A stretch of 64,000 nucleotides of DNA from Euryarchaeota archaeon UBA103 (GTDB lineage: Archaea > Thermoplasmatota > Poseidoniia > Poseidoniales > Thalassarchaeaceae): the NCBI GenBank assembly GCA_002506825.1, contig DAYH01000031.1:84049-148048 (forward strand), given 5' to 3'. Within the stretch, counting starts at the first letter, position 1. The number at the start of each line of letters is the position of its first letter. Shown here in pieces: positions 1-9,618 of the stretch. The notes under the pieces were generated by a model. It searched no databases, was not told where the DNA came from, and saw nothing but the letters and a program-made list of their open reading frames with translations. Both the position numbers and the translations under genes were made by a program.

Positions 1-15
1 ATCTATCTTAGTCAT

Positions 16-1554
16 CTAAACACCACTTGGAGACACCCATGTGCCAAACGAATCACTCAATACTTGATTTATCTCTCCCACAGTACAATAGGATTTGACA
101 GAATCAATGATAAAATCCATCAGATTATCATCGGTTTGACAGGCCTTTCTGAGTTTATCAAGGGATATTTTGACCATGTCTTCATCCCTTTCTAATCTCA
201 TCTTAGATAGGGACAATACTTGATTCTTGGCCAGTAATGGATCTAGTATTTGTCCTTCGATAGGGTCTTCCTCTTGCTGATTAACATTAACACCAATCAC
301 CCTCATAGAGCCATCCTCTATTGAGTTTAGATGCTTCCATGCACTTTCATGTATCATCCTCTGCTGTACTCCTGATCTTATGCATGATAGGGCTCCTCCC
401 TTGGACTCTATAGAATCGATTAATTCTAAGGATTTTTTAATGATTTCAGAAGTCATCTCCTCAATAACATATGAACCAGCAAGAGGGTCAATATGATCTG
501 TAATTCCAGTCTCCGATGCTAAAATTTGTTGCGTCCTTAAAGCAATTGTTACTGCTTCATCAGTTGGCAGACCTATGGCTTCGTCGTAGCTATTTGTATG
601 GAGGGATTGTGTACCGCCCAATACTGACGATAGTGCTTGGTACGATACTCTGACTATATTGTTGAACGGTTGCTGCGCAGTTAGGCTGGCTCCTGCTGTT
701 TGAGTATGGAATCTAAGCATTGCTGATTTAGGATTTTTTGGATTAAACCTAGTAGTCATGAGCTCGTACCAAATCTTTCTAGCTGCCCTGAATTTAGAAA
801 CTTCTTCTAGAATGTTATTCTGACAGGCGAAAAAGAATGAAATCCTGGGAGCGAAGTCATCTACAGACATACCCGCTTCTATAGCAGATCTTACGTATTC
901 AATGCCGTTTAGTATAGTTAGGGCTACTTCCTCTACTGCTGTACATCCCGCTTCTCTCATGTGGTATCCACTGACTGAAACAGTATTCCATGAAGGTGCA
1001 TTTATCGAGCACCATTTCATCAAATCAGATGTTAACCTCATTGATGCCTCGGGAGGATAGATGTACAACCCTCTGGCGATATATTCTTTCAGAATATCAT
1101 TTTGAACTGTGCCTCGGAGCTCTGTCCTATCAACACCCTGTTCATCGGCAATAGCCACATAAAGGGCCAATAAGGTAGTGGCTGGTGCATTGATGGTCAT
1201 TGATGTAGATACATTTGAAAGATCAATACCATCGAATAATATTCTCATATCGGAAATAGAGTCAATTGGCACACCTACCTTTCCGACCTCACCTAGGGAT
1301 CTTGGGTGATCTGAATCAAGTCCAAGTTGAGTCGGTAGATCGAAGGCTACGGATAGCCCGGTTTGGCCTTGCTCAAGTAGTAATCTGAATCTATCATTTG
1401 TATGTTTAGCAGTAGAAAAACCCGCATACTGCCTCATAGTCCAGAGTCTTGATTTGTACATATTGGGATATATGCCCCTAGTATAAGGCGGCTTACCAGG
1501 TTCTGATTCATCATTCATTAGCAGTTCCCCGGATACAGGCCCAATACATTCCAC
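16..1554 (-). CDS. Methylmalonyl-CoA mutase, large catalytic (alpha) subunit without B12-binding domain (split archaeal type)
   Basis: 512 aa; N-terminal YTRGIYPNMYKSRLWTMRQYAGF and overall MCM TIM-barrel domain signature; no C-terminal cobalamin-binding domain, so the B12 subunit is presumably a separate gene. The N-terminus may start a few codons later than listed. Confidence 0.85.
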   Translation of the reverse strand: MECIGPVSGELLMNDESEPGKPPYTRGIYPNMYKSRLWTMRQYAGFSTAKHTNDRFRLLLEQGQTGLSVAFDLPTQLGLDSDHPRSLGEVGKVGVPIDSISDMRILFDGIDLSNVSTSMTINAPATTLLALYVAIADEQGVDRTELRGTVQNDILKEYIARGLYIYPPEASMRLTSDLMKWCSINAPSWNTVSVSGYHMREAGCTAVEEVALTILNGIEYVRSAIEAGMSVDDFAPRISFFFACQNNILEEVSKFRAARKIWYELMTTRFNPKNPKSAMLRFHTQTAGASLTAQQPFNNIVRVSYQALSSVLGGTQSLHTNSYDEAIGLPTDEAVTIALRTQQILASETGITDHIDPLAGSYVIEEMTSEIIKKSLELIDSIESKGGALSCIRSGVQQRMIHESAWKHLNSIEDGSMRVIGVNVNQQEEDPIEGQILDPLLAKNQVLSLSKMRLERDEDMVKISLDKLRKACQTDDNLMDFIIDSVKSYCTVGEINQVLSDSFGTWVSPSGV

Positions 1555-1582
1555 TAAGGAGGGGGAAATGAATTATCCGTAT

Positions 1583-2323
1583 TCAACGTCTAACAGTATA
1601 TGAATCTACAATCTTACTTAGTGTCTCTAGTTGCCCTTCATCTATCACTCCCTCAGAGTGCTTAGAAATTAGGAATTCTTTAGCGTCTGTGACTGTTTGC
1701 CTCTCTCCCTTGGCCCATATAGTGCCCAATAAGCTAGAGCGGTGTTCCTCATCAACATTTAATTCCACTAAGAGTCTCCTAACTTCGTATTTATATTCCA
1801 TATGCCTACTTCTATCGAGTCTCCTCTTTCTTTCGGCGGGTTGGAAAGAGTTCTTTGTCTTCCTGCCCCTTCTCTTGGGAGTGGTAGTTACTGTTGGCTT
1901 ATCTTTAGCTACATCTGTTTTGGCCTTCTTAGCTAAAGATTCCATCGCTCTAGCACGACTCTTATCTATAATATCTTGAGCTCTTTGACTGGTGGCATTG
2001 TCTTTAGTTTCTGGATCTGAAGATTTGGTTTTACTCCTTAAACCAATAGTTTTCCTTGATTCTCCTAAAATATTACTTTGAGTTATATCTATGGATTTAT
2101 CTAATTCCTGATTTGTAATATCTTCTGAATCTTTATTCTTCGAAGTAGGATTAGTAGTGGTTTTTTTGGGTGACTGCTTAGATGGTAAAGGCTTGGCCGG
2201 AGGTTTCGCCATAGGCTTTTTACTATCCTTGGGAGGGATATTTTTGGAGGTTTTACTAGGGGCGGAAGGGGAACTGCTGAACACATCACGAGGTTTCGCC
2301 CTCGGCTTTCTCCTTCTCTGCAC
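1583..2323 (-). CDS. Hypothetical basic protein: Lys/Pro/Ser/Thr-rich disordered N-terminal ~165 aa (KPRAKP, AKPPAKP repeats) plus ~80 aa C-terminal globular domain
   Basis: Longest ORF filling the gap between Kae1 and the mutase on the same strand; the opposite-strand ORFs look like shadows. Strongly biased H1-like composition. Confidence 0.5.
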   Translation of the reverse strand: MQRRRKPRAKPRDVFSSSPSAPSKTSKNIPPKDSKKPMAKPPAKPLPSKQSPKKTTTNPTSKNKDSEDITNQELDKSIDITQSNILGESRKTIGLRSKTKSSDPETKDNATSQRAQDIIDKSRARAMESLAKKAKTDVAKDKPTVTTTPKRRGRKTKNSFQPAERKRRLDRSRHMEYKYEVRRLLVELNVDEEHRSSLLGTIWAKGERQTVTDAKEFLISKHSEGVIDEGQLETLSKIVDSYTVRR

Positions 2324-2375
2324 TACACTATCTCCATACTTCCGCTATGAGGGGCTCTCATAAGACTTGGTGCGC

Positions 2376-3380
2376 TTAGGTCCATGCAATAGTGGAAGAG
2401 TCAGTCCTCAATGTAGGGTCGATCGCACTATTGTCTAATTCGGTAGTTCTACCGGACTGGAATTCTCTTCTACCTAGTTCAGCAATCATAGTTCCATTAT
2501 CAATGCAATACTGTTTTTCCGGCCAGAATGACTGCCCTCCTCTTTCTTCGCACATTATAGAGCTCATCTCCCTTAGCCTTCCATTACACGCAACTCCTCC
2601 TCCTAGGAGTAGTTCTGACTTTCCGGTGTGAGCCATGGCCCTTTCAGCGACTTCTATGCAACTGGAGAATGCATGCTCTTGAAGAGAGTAACAGACCTGT
2701 TCCAATGGTAGCTTCTTGGAATGTAGGATAGCTGAGGTTAGTAAACCAGAAAAGGCCAAATCAGTTCCATGTACGCCATAAGGGAGTGCTAGCAACTCAG
2801 GATTATTTACAGAGCTTTCAATCCATTTTTTTGATAGCTTCTCCACCGCGGGCCCTCCTGGAAAGGGGATACCGTGGTTGCGTGCGAATTTATCCAACAT
2901 ATTTCCAATCCCTATATCTAGAGTCTCACCAATGACTCTGTACCTATCACCAGACCTCGCTATTACCTGTGTATTTCCGCCACTTGCATAAAGTAATACA
3001 GGATCTTCGCATCCAGTCTGATTTCTACCTACCTCAATATGAGCAACACAGTGATTGACGCCGATTAGAGGGGATTTCCAGTATGAGGAAAGAGACCTGG
3101 CCACTGAAGCTCCTATACGTAGACAGGGCCCAAGGCCTGGCCCCTGGCTAAACGAAACAGCAACGATATCGTCTTGATTGAAATCCTCTCTAGCCAATAA
3201 AGAAGATATTAGGGCAGGTGCAACAACAGAGTGGTGATCGGCGGCCTCCCTTGGGTGTATTCCACCCTCCTCTGGTTTGAATAGTGCGGATTCTGATGAG
3301 AATAATTTTCCTTCCTCATCTACGAAGCCTATAGATAGTGTATGAGCAGTGCTTTCAACACCAACAATTAGGCCTGTCAC
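2376..3380 (-). CDS. kae1: tRNA N6-adenosine threonylcarbamoyltransferase Kae1 (KEOPS catalytic subunit); stand-alone, not fused to Bud32
   Basis: 334 aa; MTGLIVGVESTAHTLSIG N-terminus; HCVAHIE metal-binding motif; ASKF/YgjD fold signatures. Confidence 0.9.
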   Translation of the reverse strand: MTGLIVGVESTAHTLSIGFVDEEGKLFSSESALFKPEEGGIHPREAADHHSVVAPALISSLLAREDFNQDDIVAVSFSQGPGLGPCLRIGASVARSLSSYWKSPLIGVNHCVAHIEVGRNQTGCEDPVLLYASGGNTQVIARSGDRYRVIGETLDIGIGNMLDKFARNHGIPFPGGPAVEKLSKKWIESSVNNPELLALPYGVHGTDLAFSGLLTSAILHSKKLPLEQVCYSLQEHAFSSCIEVAERAMAHTGKSELLLGGGVACNGRLREMSSIMCEERGGQSFWPEKQYCIDNGTMIAELGRREFQSGRTTELDNSAIDPTLRTDSSTIAWT

Positions 3381-3429
3381 GTATCCGGGAGTAGGGTAGG
3401 GCTTTCAAGCATCACTACTGTGGAGAGTC

Positions 3430-4713
3430 GTGCGGACACTAGTGGTTAATGCTGGCGAAATCGCCCATATGTCTCATGGCGATATATCAAAACCGCTAAT
3501 AGGCGAAGATATGGGGGATAAAGATCTGAATATCTTCTCCAAAGGATTAGGAATCTTAATTGAAGGAGGGCTGATAACAAGTATTGCAGATTCAGAAGAG
3601 TTAGTTTCTGAGTACTTCCCATCATGGGACGGAGATAGTGAAAAATCAGTTAATAAGGACATCATAGACGCCAAGGGAGGGGCAATAATTCCTGGTTTTG
3701 TTGATTCACACACGCATCTTATTTGGAGTGGGGATAGGAGTAATGAAATGGCACTTAGGCAGAAGGGGCTCTCATACTCGGAAATTTCAAAATTAGGAGG
3801 AGGAATTTCGAAAACTGTTGAAAGTACTAGGAATTGCTCTATATCAGAATTAGTCAATCTCGGCCTAAGAAGAGTTACAATGGCACTAAAACTTGGTACA
3901 ACAACAATGGAAGCAAAAAGTGGATACGGGTTGAACGCTGAGTCTGAACTCGCATTACTAGAGGCTACTTCACAGGTAAATCAACGATCACTATGTGACA
4001 TACATGCAACGTGGTTGGGCGCACATGATATTCCAAAAGAAAAGTCGAAGGAAGATTATATTGATGAAATGATCAATTTACAATTACCAATGGTTGTAGA
4101 CCAGGGAATAGCAAAATGGGCAGATGTATTTTGTGAGCCTGGTTGGTTCACTACAGAAGAAACAATAGAAATTATTAGTGCTTCGAGAAAGATGGGATTA
4201 AGATCGAGGATTCATGTTGATGAGTTCGTAGATTCTGGGGGGCTTGGCGTAGCCGCAGAACTGGGCTCCATTAGCGCGGATCATGTAGCTAAGTCAAACG
4301 ATGAGTCGCGAGCAATTGCTAATGAGTCTGGAGTAATGCAGACATTTCTCCCGGGAACACAGTATGTGATGGGAATGACTGATTTTCCCCCAATAAAAAA
4401 ATGTTTAGATAATTCATGGGCATTTTCTATAGCAACTGACTTCAATCCTAATTGTAATTCTATATCCATGCCGTTTGTTGGTTCCCTCGCCACTCACAGA
4501 TGCGGCATAGATCCAATATCCGCATTAGCCGCCAGTACAAGGAATCCCTCTACAACAATAACAAATGGGGGAAGCACTAGATGTGGAATAATTTCAGAGA
4601 ACAACCCAGCTTCATTTAATATTCTAAATAATGGAAATGTAGAGTCGTGGTGTCAATCACCAGGAATGAATCCCATATCCCAAACAATTGCTAATGGGCT
4701 TATTGTAAAATAG
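3430..4713 (+). CDS. hutI: Imidazolonepropionase
   Basis: 427 aa; amidohydrolase fold with DSHTHLIW metal-binding motif and HutI-like overall pattern. Confidence 0.85.
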   Translation: MRTLVVNAGEIAHMSHGDISKPLIGEDMGDKDLNIFSKGLGILIEGGLITSIADSEELVSEYFPSWDGDSEKSVNKDIIDAKGGAIIPGFVDSHTHLIWSGDRSNEMALRQKGLSYSEISKLGGGISKTVESTRNCSISELVNLGLRRVTMALKLGTTTMEAKSGYGLNAESELALLEATSQVNQRSLCDIHATWLGAHDIPKEKSKEDYIDEMINLQLPMVVDQGIAKWADVFCEPGWFTTEETIEIISASRKMGLRSRIHVDEFVDSGGLGVAAELGSISADHVAKSNDESRAIANESGVMQTFLPGTQYVMGMTDFPPIKKCLDNSWAFSIATDFNPNCNSISMPFVGSLATHRCGIDPISALAASTRNPSTTITNGGSTRCGIISENNPASFNILNNGNVESWCQSPGMNPISQTIANGLIVK

Positions 4714-4883
4714 TTTAAATAACTATGAAGTTACTAATCATTTATAATAAATTTAAGTTTATTTGCATAATTTTACAATAGAGGAATTTGAGATTTTTAT
4801 TTTAACAATTATTTATTGGAGCATGAGAAGATGTTTTTTTCTTGATCTTAGAAATATCATAGAAATATTAGCAACGCGTTTAA

Positions 4884-4903
4884 CTGATAATCCGGGTTAT
4901 CAG
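4884..4903. other. Perfect 7-bp stem / 6-nt loop hairpin (ctgataa-tccggg-ttatcag) in an AT-rich intergenic island
   Basis: Read directly from the sequence; adjacent 8-bp palindrome aacgcgtt at 4873..4880. Confidence 0.5.
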
Positions 4904-4970
4904 AAAATAAATTTTCTAATTTAGATAGGGCATTAGCTCAGTACAACGTTTTTGCAAAAAATCATATATT

Positions 4971-5177
4971 TTGACCAAAACCCCCTTATCTGAAGTAACT
5001 TTAGTTGGGTGTAGTGACAGCATGAGTAGGAAGGTCAGTGGTTTCTGTTTAACATGTAAAACATACGGGGAAATTGTTGATTGCCAACTTGATCTGATGA
5101 AAAATGGTCGTACTAGGGCTCACGGATTCTGTAGCCAGGAAGGGTGTACTGGAAAGATTTCTAAAATTGTGTCATAG
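4971..5177 (+). CDS. Putative small Cys-rich (zinc-ribbon-like) protein
   Basis: 68 aa from a TTG start; the first in-frame ATG at 5022 would give 51 aa. Cys pattern C-x2-C-x8-C and H-x2-C-x4-C. Lies in an otherwise non-coding AT-rich gap, so it could be non-coding. Confidence 0.25.
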   Translation: MTKTPLSEVTLVGCSDSMSRKVSGFCLTCKTYGEIVDCQLDLMKNGRTRAHGFCSQEGCTGKISKIVS

Positions 5178-5220
5178 TAATGGAATCATTCATTGGGTAG
5201 AACGCAGTCGCGTAATTACT

Positions 5221-5296
5221 GGGCTCGTGGTCTAGGGGTTATGACGTCGCCTTGACATGGCGAAGATCGCAGGTTCAATTCCTGCCGAGCCCACCA
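5221..5296 (+). tRNA. tRNA-Val, anticodon GAC, CCA encoded
   Basis: Cloverleaf read by eye: acceptor GGGCTCG/CGAGCCC, anticodon stem CGCC/GGCG with loop TTGACAT, T-arm GCAGGTTCAATTCCTGC, discriminator A then CCA. Confidence 0.85.
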
Positions 5297-5324
5297 GTAA
5301 CTTGGAATCTAGTATTGCGAGAAT

Positions 5325-6038
5325 TCAAGAATAGGTAACTCTGAGTTTACCAGCGCCCTTTGATTTGACATTCTCAATCGTGATATTTGGTATTTGTGAG
5401 ATATTACTAACATGTGTTCCCCCACACGGACACAGGTCTATATCCTCAATTTCTACTACCCTGAGTATATTTATCGACGATGGTATTCTATCCATGAAAT
5501 TTGTATGTCTCATATTCTCATGACTTAGAATTTCATCTCTAGACCACTCATGAATTAGGACATTCGCACCTGTATTCATTATATCATTAACTTGTGATGA
5601 GATTTCTTCGGGGTCAAAGAGATCTCTATCTGGAAACAATAGATCGATTCTAGTATTTTTTTCACTAATCTGATTTCCTACTGTTTCGGCTTTGTACATA
5701 TCATTAGCAATGGCAGAAAATACATGTTGAGCTGTGTGCATCATTGTGTTTCTATTCCTCCACAATGGATCTATCTGACAAATTATTTTGGTACCTTCTG
5801 TAAAGCTGTCTAGATTTTCTAATGGGTGTAGGATTTTCTCCCCTGGTTTGACTTCACTCATGTTAGAAATATTATTGTCACTGGATATTGAGCCCCTATC
5901 GCCGGGCTGTCCGCCCCCCCTCGGGTAGCAAAATGTTCTATCGAGGAAAATTCCGTCATCAACAATTTCTGTTATTGTGGCTTCGAAAGATGGAGGGTTG
6001 AGACCCGGGTGTTGGGTTAGATGTAATTTTTCTTGCAT
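5325..6038 (-). CDS. alaX: AlaX-M type Ala-tRNA editing protein (alanyl-tRNA synthetase second additional domain)
   Basis: 237 aa; TFCYPRGGGQPGDRG, HTAQHV (HxxxH) and CPCGGTHV (CxxxH) zinc motifs typical of AlaX/AlaRS editing domain. Confidence 0.8.
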   Translation of the reverse strand: MQEKLHLTQHPGLNPPSFEATITEIVDDGIFLDRTFCYPRGGGQPGDRGSISSDNNISNMSEVKPGEKILHPLENLDSFTEGTKIICQIDPLWRNRNTMMHTAQHVFSAIANDMYKAETVGNQISEKNTRIDLLFPDRDLFDPEEISSQVNDIMNTGANVLIHEWSRDEILSHENMRHTNFMDRIPSSINILRVVEIEDIDLCPCGGTHVSNISQIPNITIENVKSKGAGKLRVTYS

Positions 6039-6042
6039 AAGA

Positions 6043-7593
6043 TCACATGAATATCCTAGTTAGATCTCCATTTAGCAATGATTCGGTTAGATTCTTAGTA
6101 TCCTCAGATAATGCCCTATCGCCCTCGAAAGGCATGACAATACCCCTAGACCATTCCAAAACTCTGGAGACGCCATCGCCCGGTTTTTCTTCGATTCTAT
6201 GTAGGGCTTCGGAGGCGCAGATAATCTCATTTGAGATTACATTGGCCAGTAATCTTGTTGCGATCATAGTTCTATGGGCACCGGTTGCACCCATTGATGC
6301 GTGATCTTCTTTACCCATGCTTACTGGGGTATTGGATGTGGTTGCTGAGTTTGATAGAAGATGTAGCTCTGCTAAAACTGCAGCCGAAGAATACTGAATT
6401 ATCATAAGTCCACTTTCGAGACCTTCGTCATTAGCTAGAAAGGCACTATGGCCACTCCATTTTGGATCTAAAATCTGATTTATTCTTCTCTCGGATATAC
6501 TAGCTAATTCATGACATGCTATGGATATTGAGTCACTGCTCAATGCTATGTATTGTCCATGGAAATTACCTCCTGAAATAACCTCAATTTTATCTCCTTC
6601 AATGAAGACCAGTGGGTTGTCCGTGGAGCTGTTTATCTCAATTTCCAAGATTCTTCTAGATTCCCTAAGCATGTCAATTACTGGCCCATGTACCTGAGGT
6701 GAACATCTTATGGAGTAAGCGTCCTGAACTTTGTCACAATCTACATGTGATAGTTTGATTTCAGAGTTATTTAGTAACGATGAAATTCTAGCAGCAGAGG
6801 TACTTTGCCCTGGGTGTGGCCTAGATGCGTGTATCCTTGGATCGAAGGGCTTGTGAGAGCCTTTGATGGCTTCTACAGTACATGCTGCGGATGCATCAGA
6901 AGCAAAACAAAGAATATCTAAATTGTATAATGCCTCACACATAAATGCACACATCTGACTAGTACCATTGATGAGTGAAAGTCCTTCTTTAGCTGCAGGA
7001 ACTATGGGTTCTATTCCATTTCTCTTTAGGGCTAAATCGGAAGAAGTCGTTTCCCAATTATTCAGGTCAATTCTGATATTGCAGTTTCCCTCTCCCATCA
7101 TACCCAGTGCCAAGTGGGAAAGAGGAGCTAGGTCTCCTGATGCTCCAAGTGAGCCTATTCTTGGTATTACAGGACATACTCCATTATTAATCATTGAAAT
7201 CAGTGTATCTACTAGTATGGGACGTGCTCCTGAATTGCCCCTACAAAGCGTATTTGCCCTAATCAACATCATCATCAATGTGTGCGAATTTTCCATAGGA
7301 TCTCCTATGCCACAGGCATGACTTCTAATTAGATTCGCTTGAAGCTGTTCCAATTTATCGGATTCAATGGAAACAGAAGAGAGGGCGCCGAATCCGGTAT
7401 TTATGCCATAAGTAACGGTTTTATTATTGAGTATCTCAGTAATTGCTTCTCTAGAAATAATCATTTTTTCTCTAGCTGACTGTGATAGAACAACCTTAGT
7501 TAGTCCCAAACCAGTATCTACAACATCACGAATATTGAGTGAGTTACCGTCTATCACAAGCTCTCTCATGGAATCCGGTAAGGGCAATAGCAA
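6043..7593 (-). CDS. hutH: Histidine ammonia-lyase
   Basis: 516 aa; ASGDL MIO-forming Ala-Ser-Gly motif and aromatic amino acid lyase fold. Confidence 0.9.
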   Translation of the reverse strand: MLLPLPDSMRELVIDGNSLNIRDVVDTGLGLTKVVLSQSAREKMIISREAITEILNNKTVTYGINTGFGALSSVSIESDKLEQLQANLIRSHACGIGDPMENSHTLMMMLIRANTLCRGNSGARPILVDTLISMINNGVCPVIPRIGSLGASGDLAPLSHLALGMMGEGNCNIRIDLNNWETTSSDLALKRNGIEPIVPAAKEGLSLINGTSQMCAFMCEALYNLDILCFASDASAACTVEAIKGSHKPFDPRIHASRPHPGQSTSAARISSLLNNSEIKLSHVDCDKVQDAYSIRCSPQVHGPVIDMLRESRRILEIEINSSTDNPLVFIEGDKIEVISGGNFHGQYIALSSDSISIACHELASISERRINQILDPKWSGHSAFLANDEGLESGLMIIQYSSAAVLAELHLLSNSATTSNTPVSMGKEDHASMGATGAHRTMIATRLLANVISNEIICASEALHRIEEKPGDGVSRVLEWSRGIVMPFEGDRALSEDTKNLTESLLNGDLTRIFM

Positions 7594-7599
7594 ATAGAC

Positions 7600-9618
7600 T
7601 CATCGAGAATCAAAAAGCTCACTCAAAAGATTATCATCTACTATGTTTGGCATTGTGACAAGTAGATTGGGATCATTGTCCATAGCCCTATTTATTGTCC
7701 ACATTGCCTCGTCATTCCTAGCCCATGACCTTCTAGCAACGCCATTTTCAACATCCCATGGTATCATTGATTCAATTGCTTTACTTGATTTCTCAGAGCC
7801 ATCAATGAACAATCCAAATCCTCCATTAATCACCTCACCCCAACCAACTCCTCCACCGTTGTGAAGACTAACCCATGTAGCTCCCCTAAATGAGTCTCCT
7901 ACGAAGTTCTGAACCGCCATATCTGCTGTGAACATCGATCCGTCCCTGATGTTGGCAGTCTCCCTGTATGGGCTGTCTGTACCACTGACATCGTGATGGT
8001 CCCTACCTAGAACGATTGGTGCAGAAATACTCCCATTCCTTATGGCATCGTTGAATGCTAGAGCAATTGACTTTCTTCCGATAGAATCAGCATAAAGAAT
8101 CCTAGCTTTACTTCCTACAACCAAATCATTTTTTGACGCTTCTTCTATCCACCTAAGATTATCTGAGTATTGTTGCCTGATTCTTTCAGGAGCCTGCGCA
8201 TGGAGCTCAGAGAGGACATTGTAGGCGATTGAATCGGTTGTATCTAGATCTTTTTGAGAGCCTGAAGTACACACCCACCTGAATGGCCCAAATCCATAAT
8301 CGAAACACATGGGGCCCATTATATCTTCAACATATGATGGATACTTGAATTGTCCTTGATTATCTATGATATCTGCTCCAGACCTGCTAGCCTCCAGTAG
8401 GAACGCGTTTCCATAATCCCAGAACTTCATTCCCCTGGATGAAAGTGTGTTTATCATATCTGCATGTTTTCTGAGAGACTCCTTAACGTGATTCTTGAAT
8501 TCTTCAGGATCGTTAGAAAGTACGCTCTTTGCCTCGTCGTATGTTAATCCTGACGGGGTATAACCTCCGAGCCATGGATTGTGTAGGCTCGTCTGATCGC
8601 TACCAAGGTCAGGAGTTAGGTTATTTTCGATGAGTGCCTCTAGTAAATCTACAATATTTCCGACATATCCTATTGAAACTGCTTCACCATTGTTTACGGC
8701 TTCACGAGCTCGAAGAATGACGTTATGTAAATCGTAGTGTAGTTCCGACAGCCAACCCTGCTGGTGCCTCTTTACAGCTGCATGAGAATCTACTTCTGCA
8801 ATGATACAAACAGCTCCAGCTATAACTGCGGCTTTTGCCTGGGCACCAGACATCCCACCCAAACCTGAAGTGATAAAAAGAATACCAGAAAGATTTGAGT
8901 CATTATTTAGCTCAAGATATTTTCTCGCTGCATTTAGTAATGTGATTGTAGTTCCATGGACGATTCCTTGTGGGCCGATATACATGTATGAGCCTGCTGT
9001 CATTTGTCCAAATTGAGTTACTCCTAATGCATTCATCCTCTCATAATCTAATTGAGTGGAGTAATTCGGTATTACCAATCCATTGGATATGACAACTCTT
9101 GGAGAGTCAGGATTTGAGGGGAAGAGTCCGAGAGGATGCCCCGAATTGATTACTAGTGTCTGGTTCTCATTCATCTTAGAGAGTAGCTCCATAGCGATAA
9201 GGTACTGCGCCCAATTTTGGAAAACGGAACCATTGCCCCCATATGTAACGAGCTCATGTGGAAACTGGGCTATGGATGGATCCAGATTATTCTGGATCAT
9301 CAACATAACAGAAGCCGCAGAGAGACAATTAGAGGGATATTCATCGATGGGCCTTGCAAATATCTCATAGTCTGGTCTGAACCTGTGCATGTAGATATGT
9401 CCAAGTTCTTCTAGCTCTTGTAGAAACTCTGGGGCTAAAGTGCTATGCCACTCCGTAGGAAAGTATCTGAGTGAGTTTTGTATTGCTAGTATCTTCTCAG
9501 ATTCGCTAAGTACTTGCGGCCTTATTGGGGCATGAGGTACAGAATCATCTAATGATTTTGGAGAAGGTAGATCGTCTGGAATACCAGCTAATAGGCACTC
9601 TTTGAACGTTAATGCCAT
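7600..9618 (-). CDS. hutU: Urocanate hydratase (long form, 672 aa)
   Basis: Urocanase family signatures including the NAD-binding Gly-rich segment GGMSGAQAKAAVIAGAVCI; 10-nt overlap with the upstream gene. Confidence 0.85.
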   Translation of the reverse strand: MALTFKECLLAGIPDDLPSPKSLDDSVPHAPIRPQVLSESEKILAIQNSLRYFPTEWHSTLAPEFLQELEELGHIYMHRFRPDYEIFARPIDEYPSNCLSAASVMLMIQNNLDPSIAQFPHELVTYGGNGSVFQNWAQYLIAMELLSKMNENQTLVINSGHPLGLFPSNPDSPRVVISNGLVIPNYSTQLDYERMNALGVTQFGQMTAGSYMYIGPQGIVHGTTITLLNAARKYLELNNDSNLSGILFITSGLGGMSGAQAKAAVIAGAVCIIAEVDSHAAVKRHQQGWLSELHYDLHNVILRAREAVNNGEAVSIGYVGNIVDLLEALIENNLTPDLGSDQTSLHNPWLGGYTPSGLTYDEAKSVLSNDPEEFKNHVKESLRKHADMINTLSSRGMKFWDYGNAFLLEASRSGADIIDNQGQFKYPSYVEDIMGPMCFDYGFGPFRWVCTSGSQKDLDTTDSIAYNVLSELHAQAPERIRQQYSDNLRWIEEASKNDLVVGSKARILYADSIGRKSIALAFNDAIRNGSISAPIVLGRDHHDVSGTDSPYRETANIRDGSMFTADMAVQNFVGDSFRGATWVSLHNGGGVGWGEVINGGFGLFIDGSEKSSKAIESMIPWDVENGVARRSWARNDEAMWTINRAMDNDPNLLVTMPNIVDDNLLSELFDSR

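Noticed and set aside
4928-4942. tRNA-like 15-mer gggcattagctcagt suggesting a second tRNA gene
   Set aside because: No complementary D-stem, anticodon arm or T-arm follows, so it is not an intact tRNA; kept only as a possible decayed fragment in the AT-rich island finding.
4714-4970. AT-rich region considered as a replication origin
   Set aside because: No orc1/cdc6 gene is adjacent and I could not find multiple ORB-like inverted repeats, only a single short hairpin and a palindrome.
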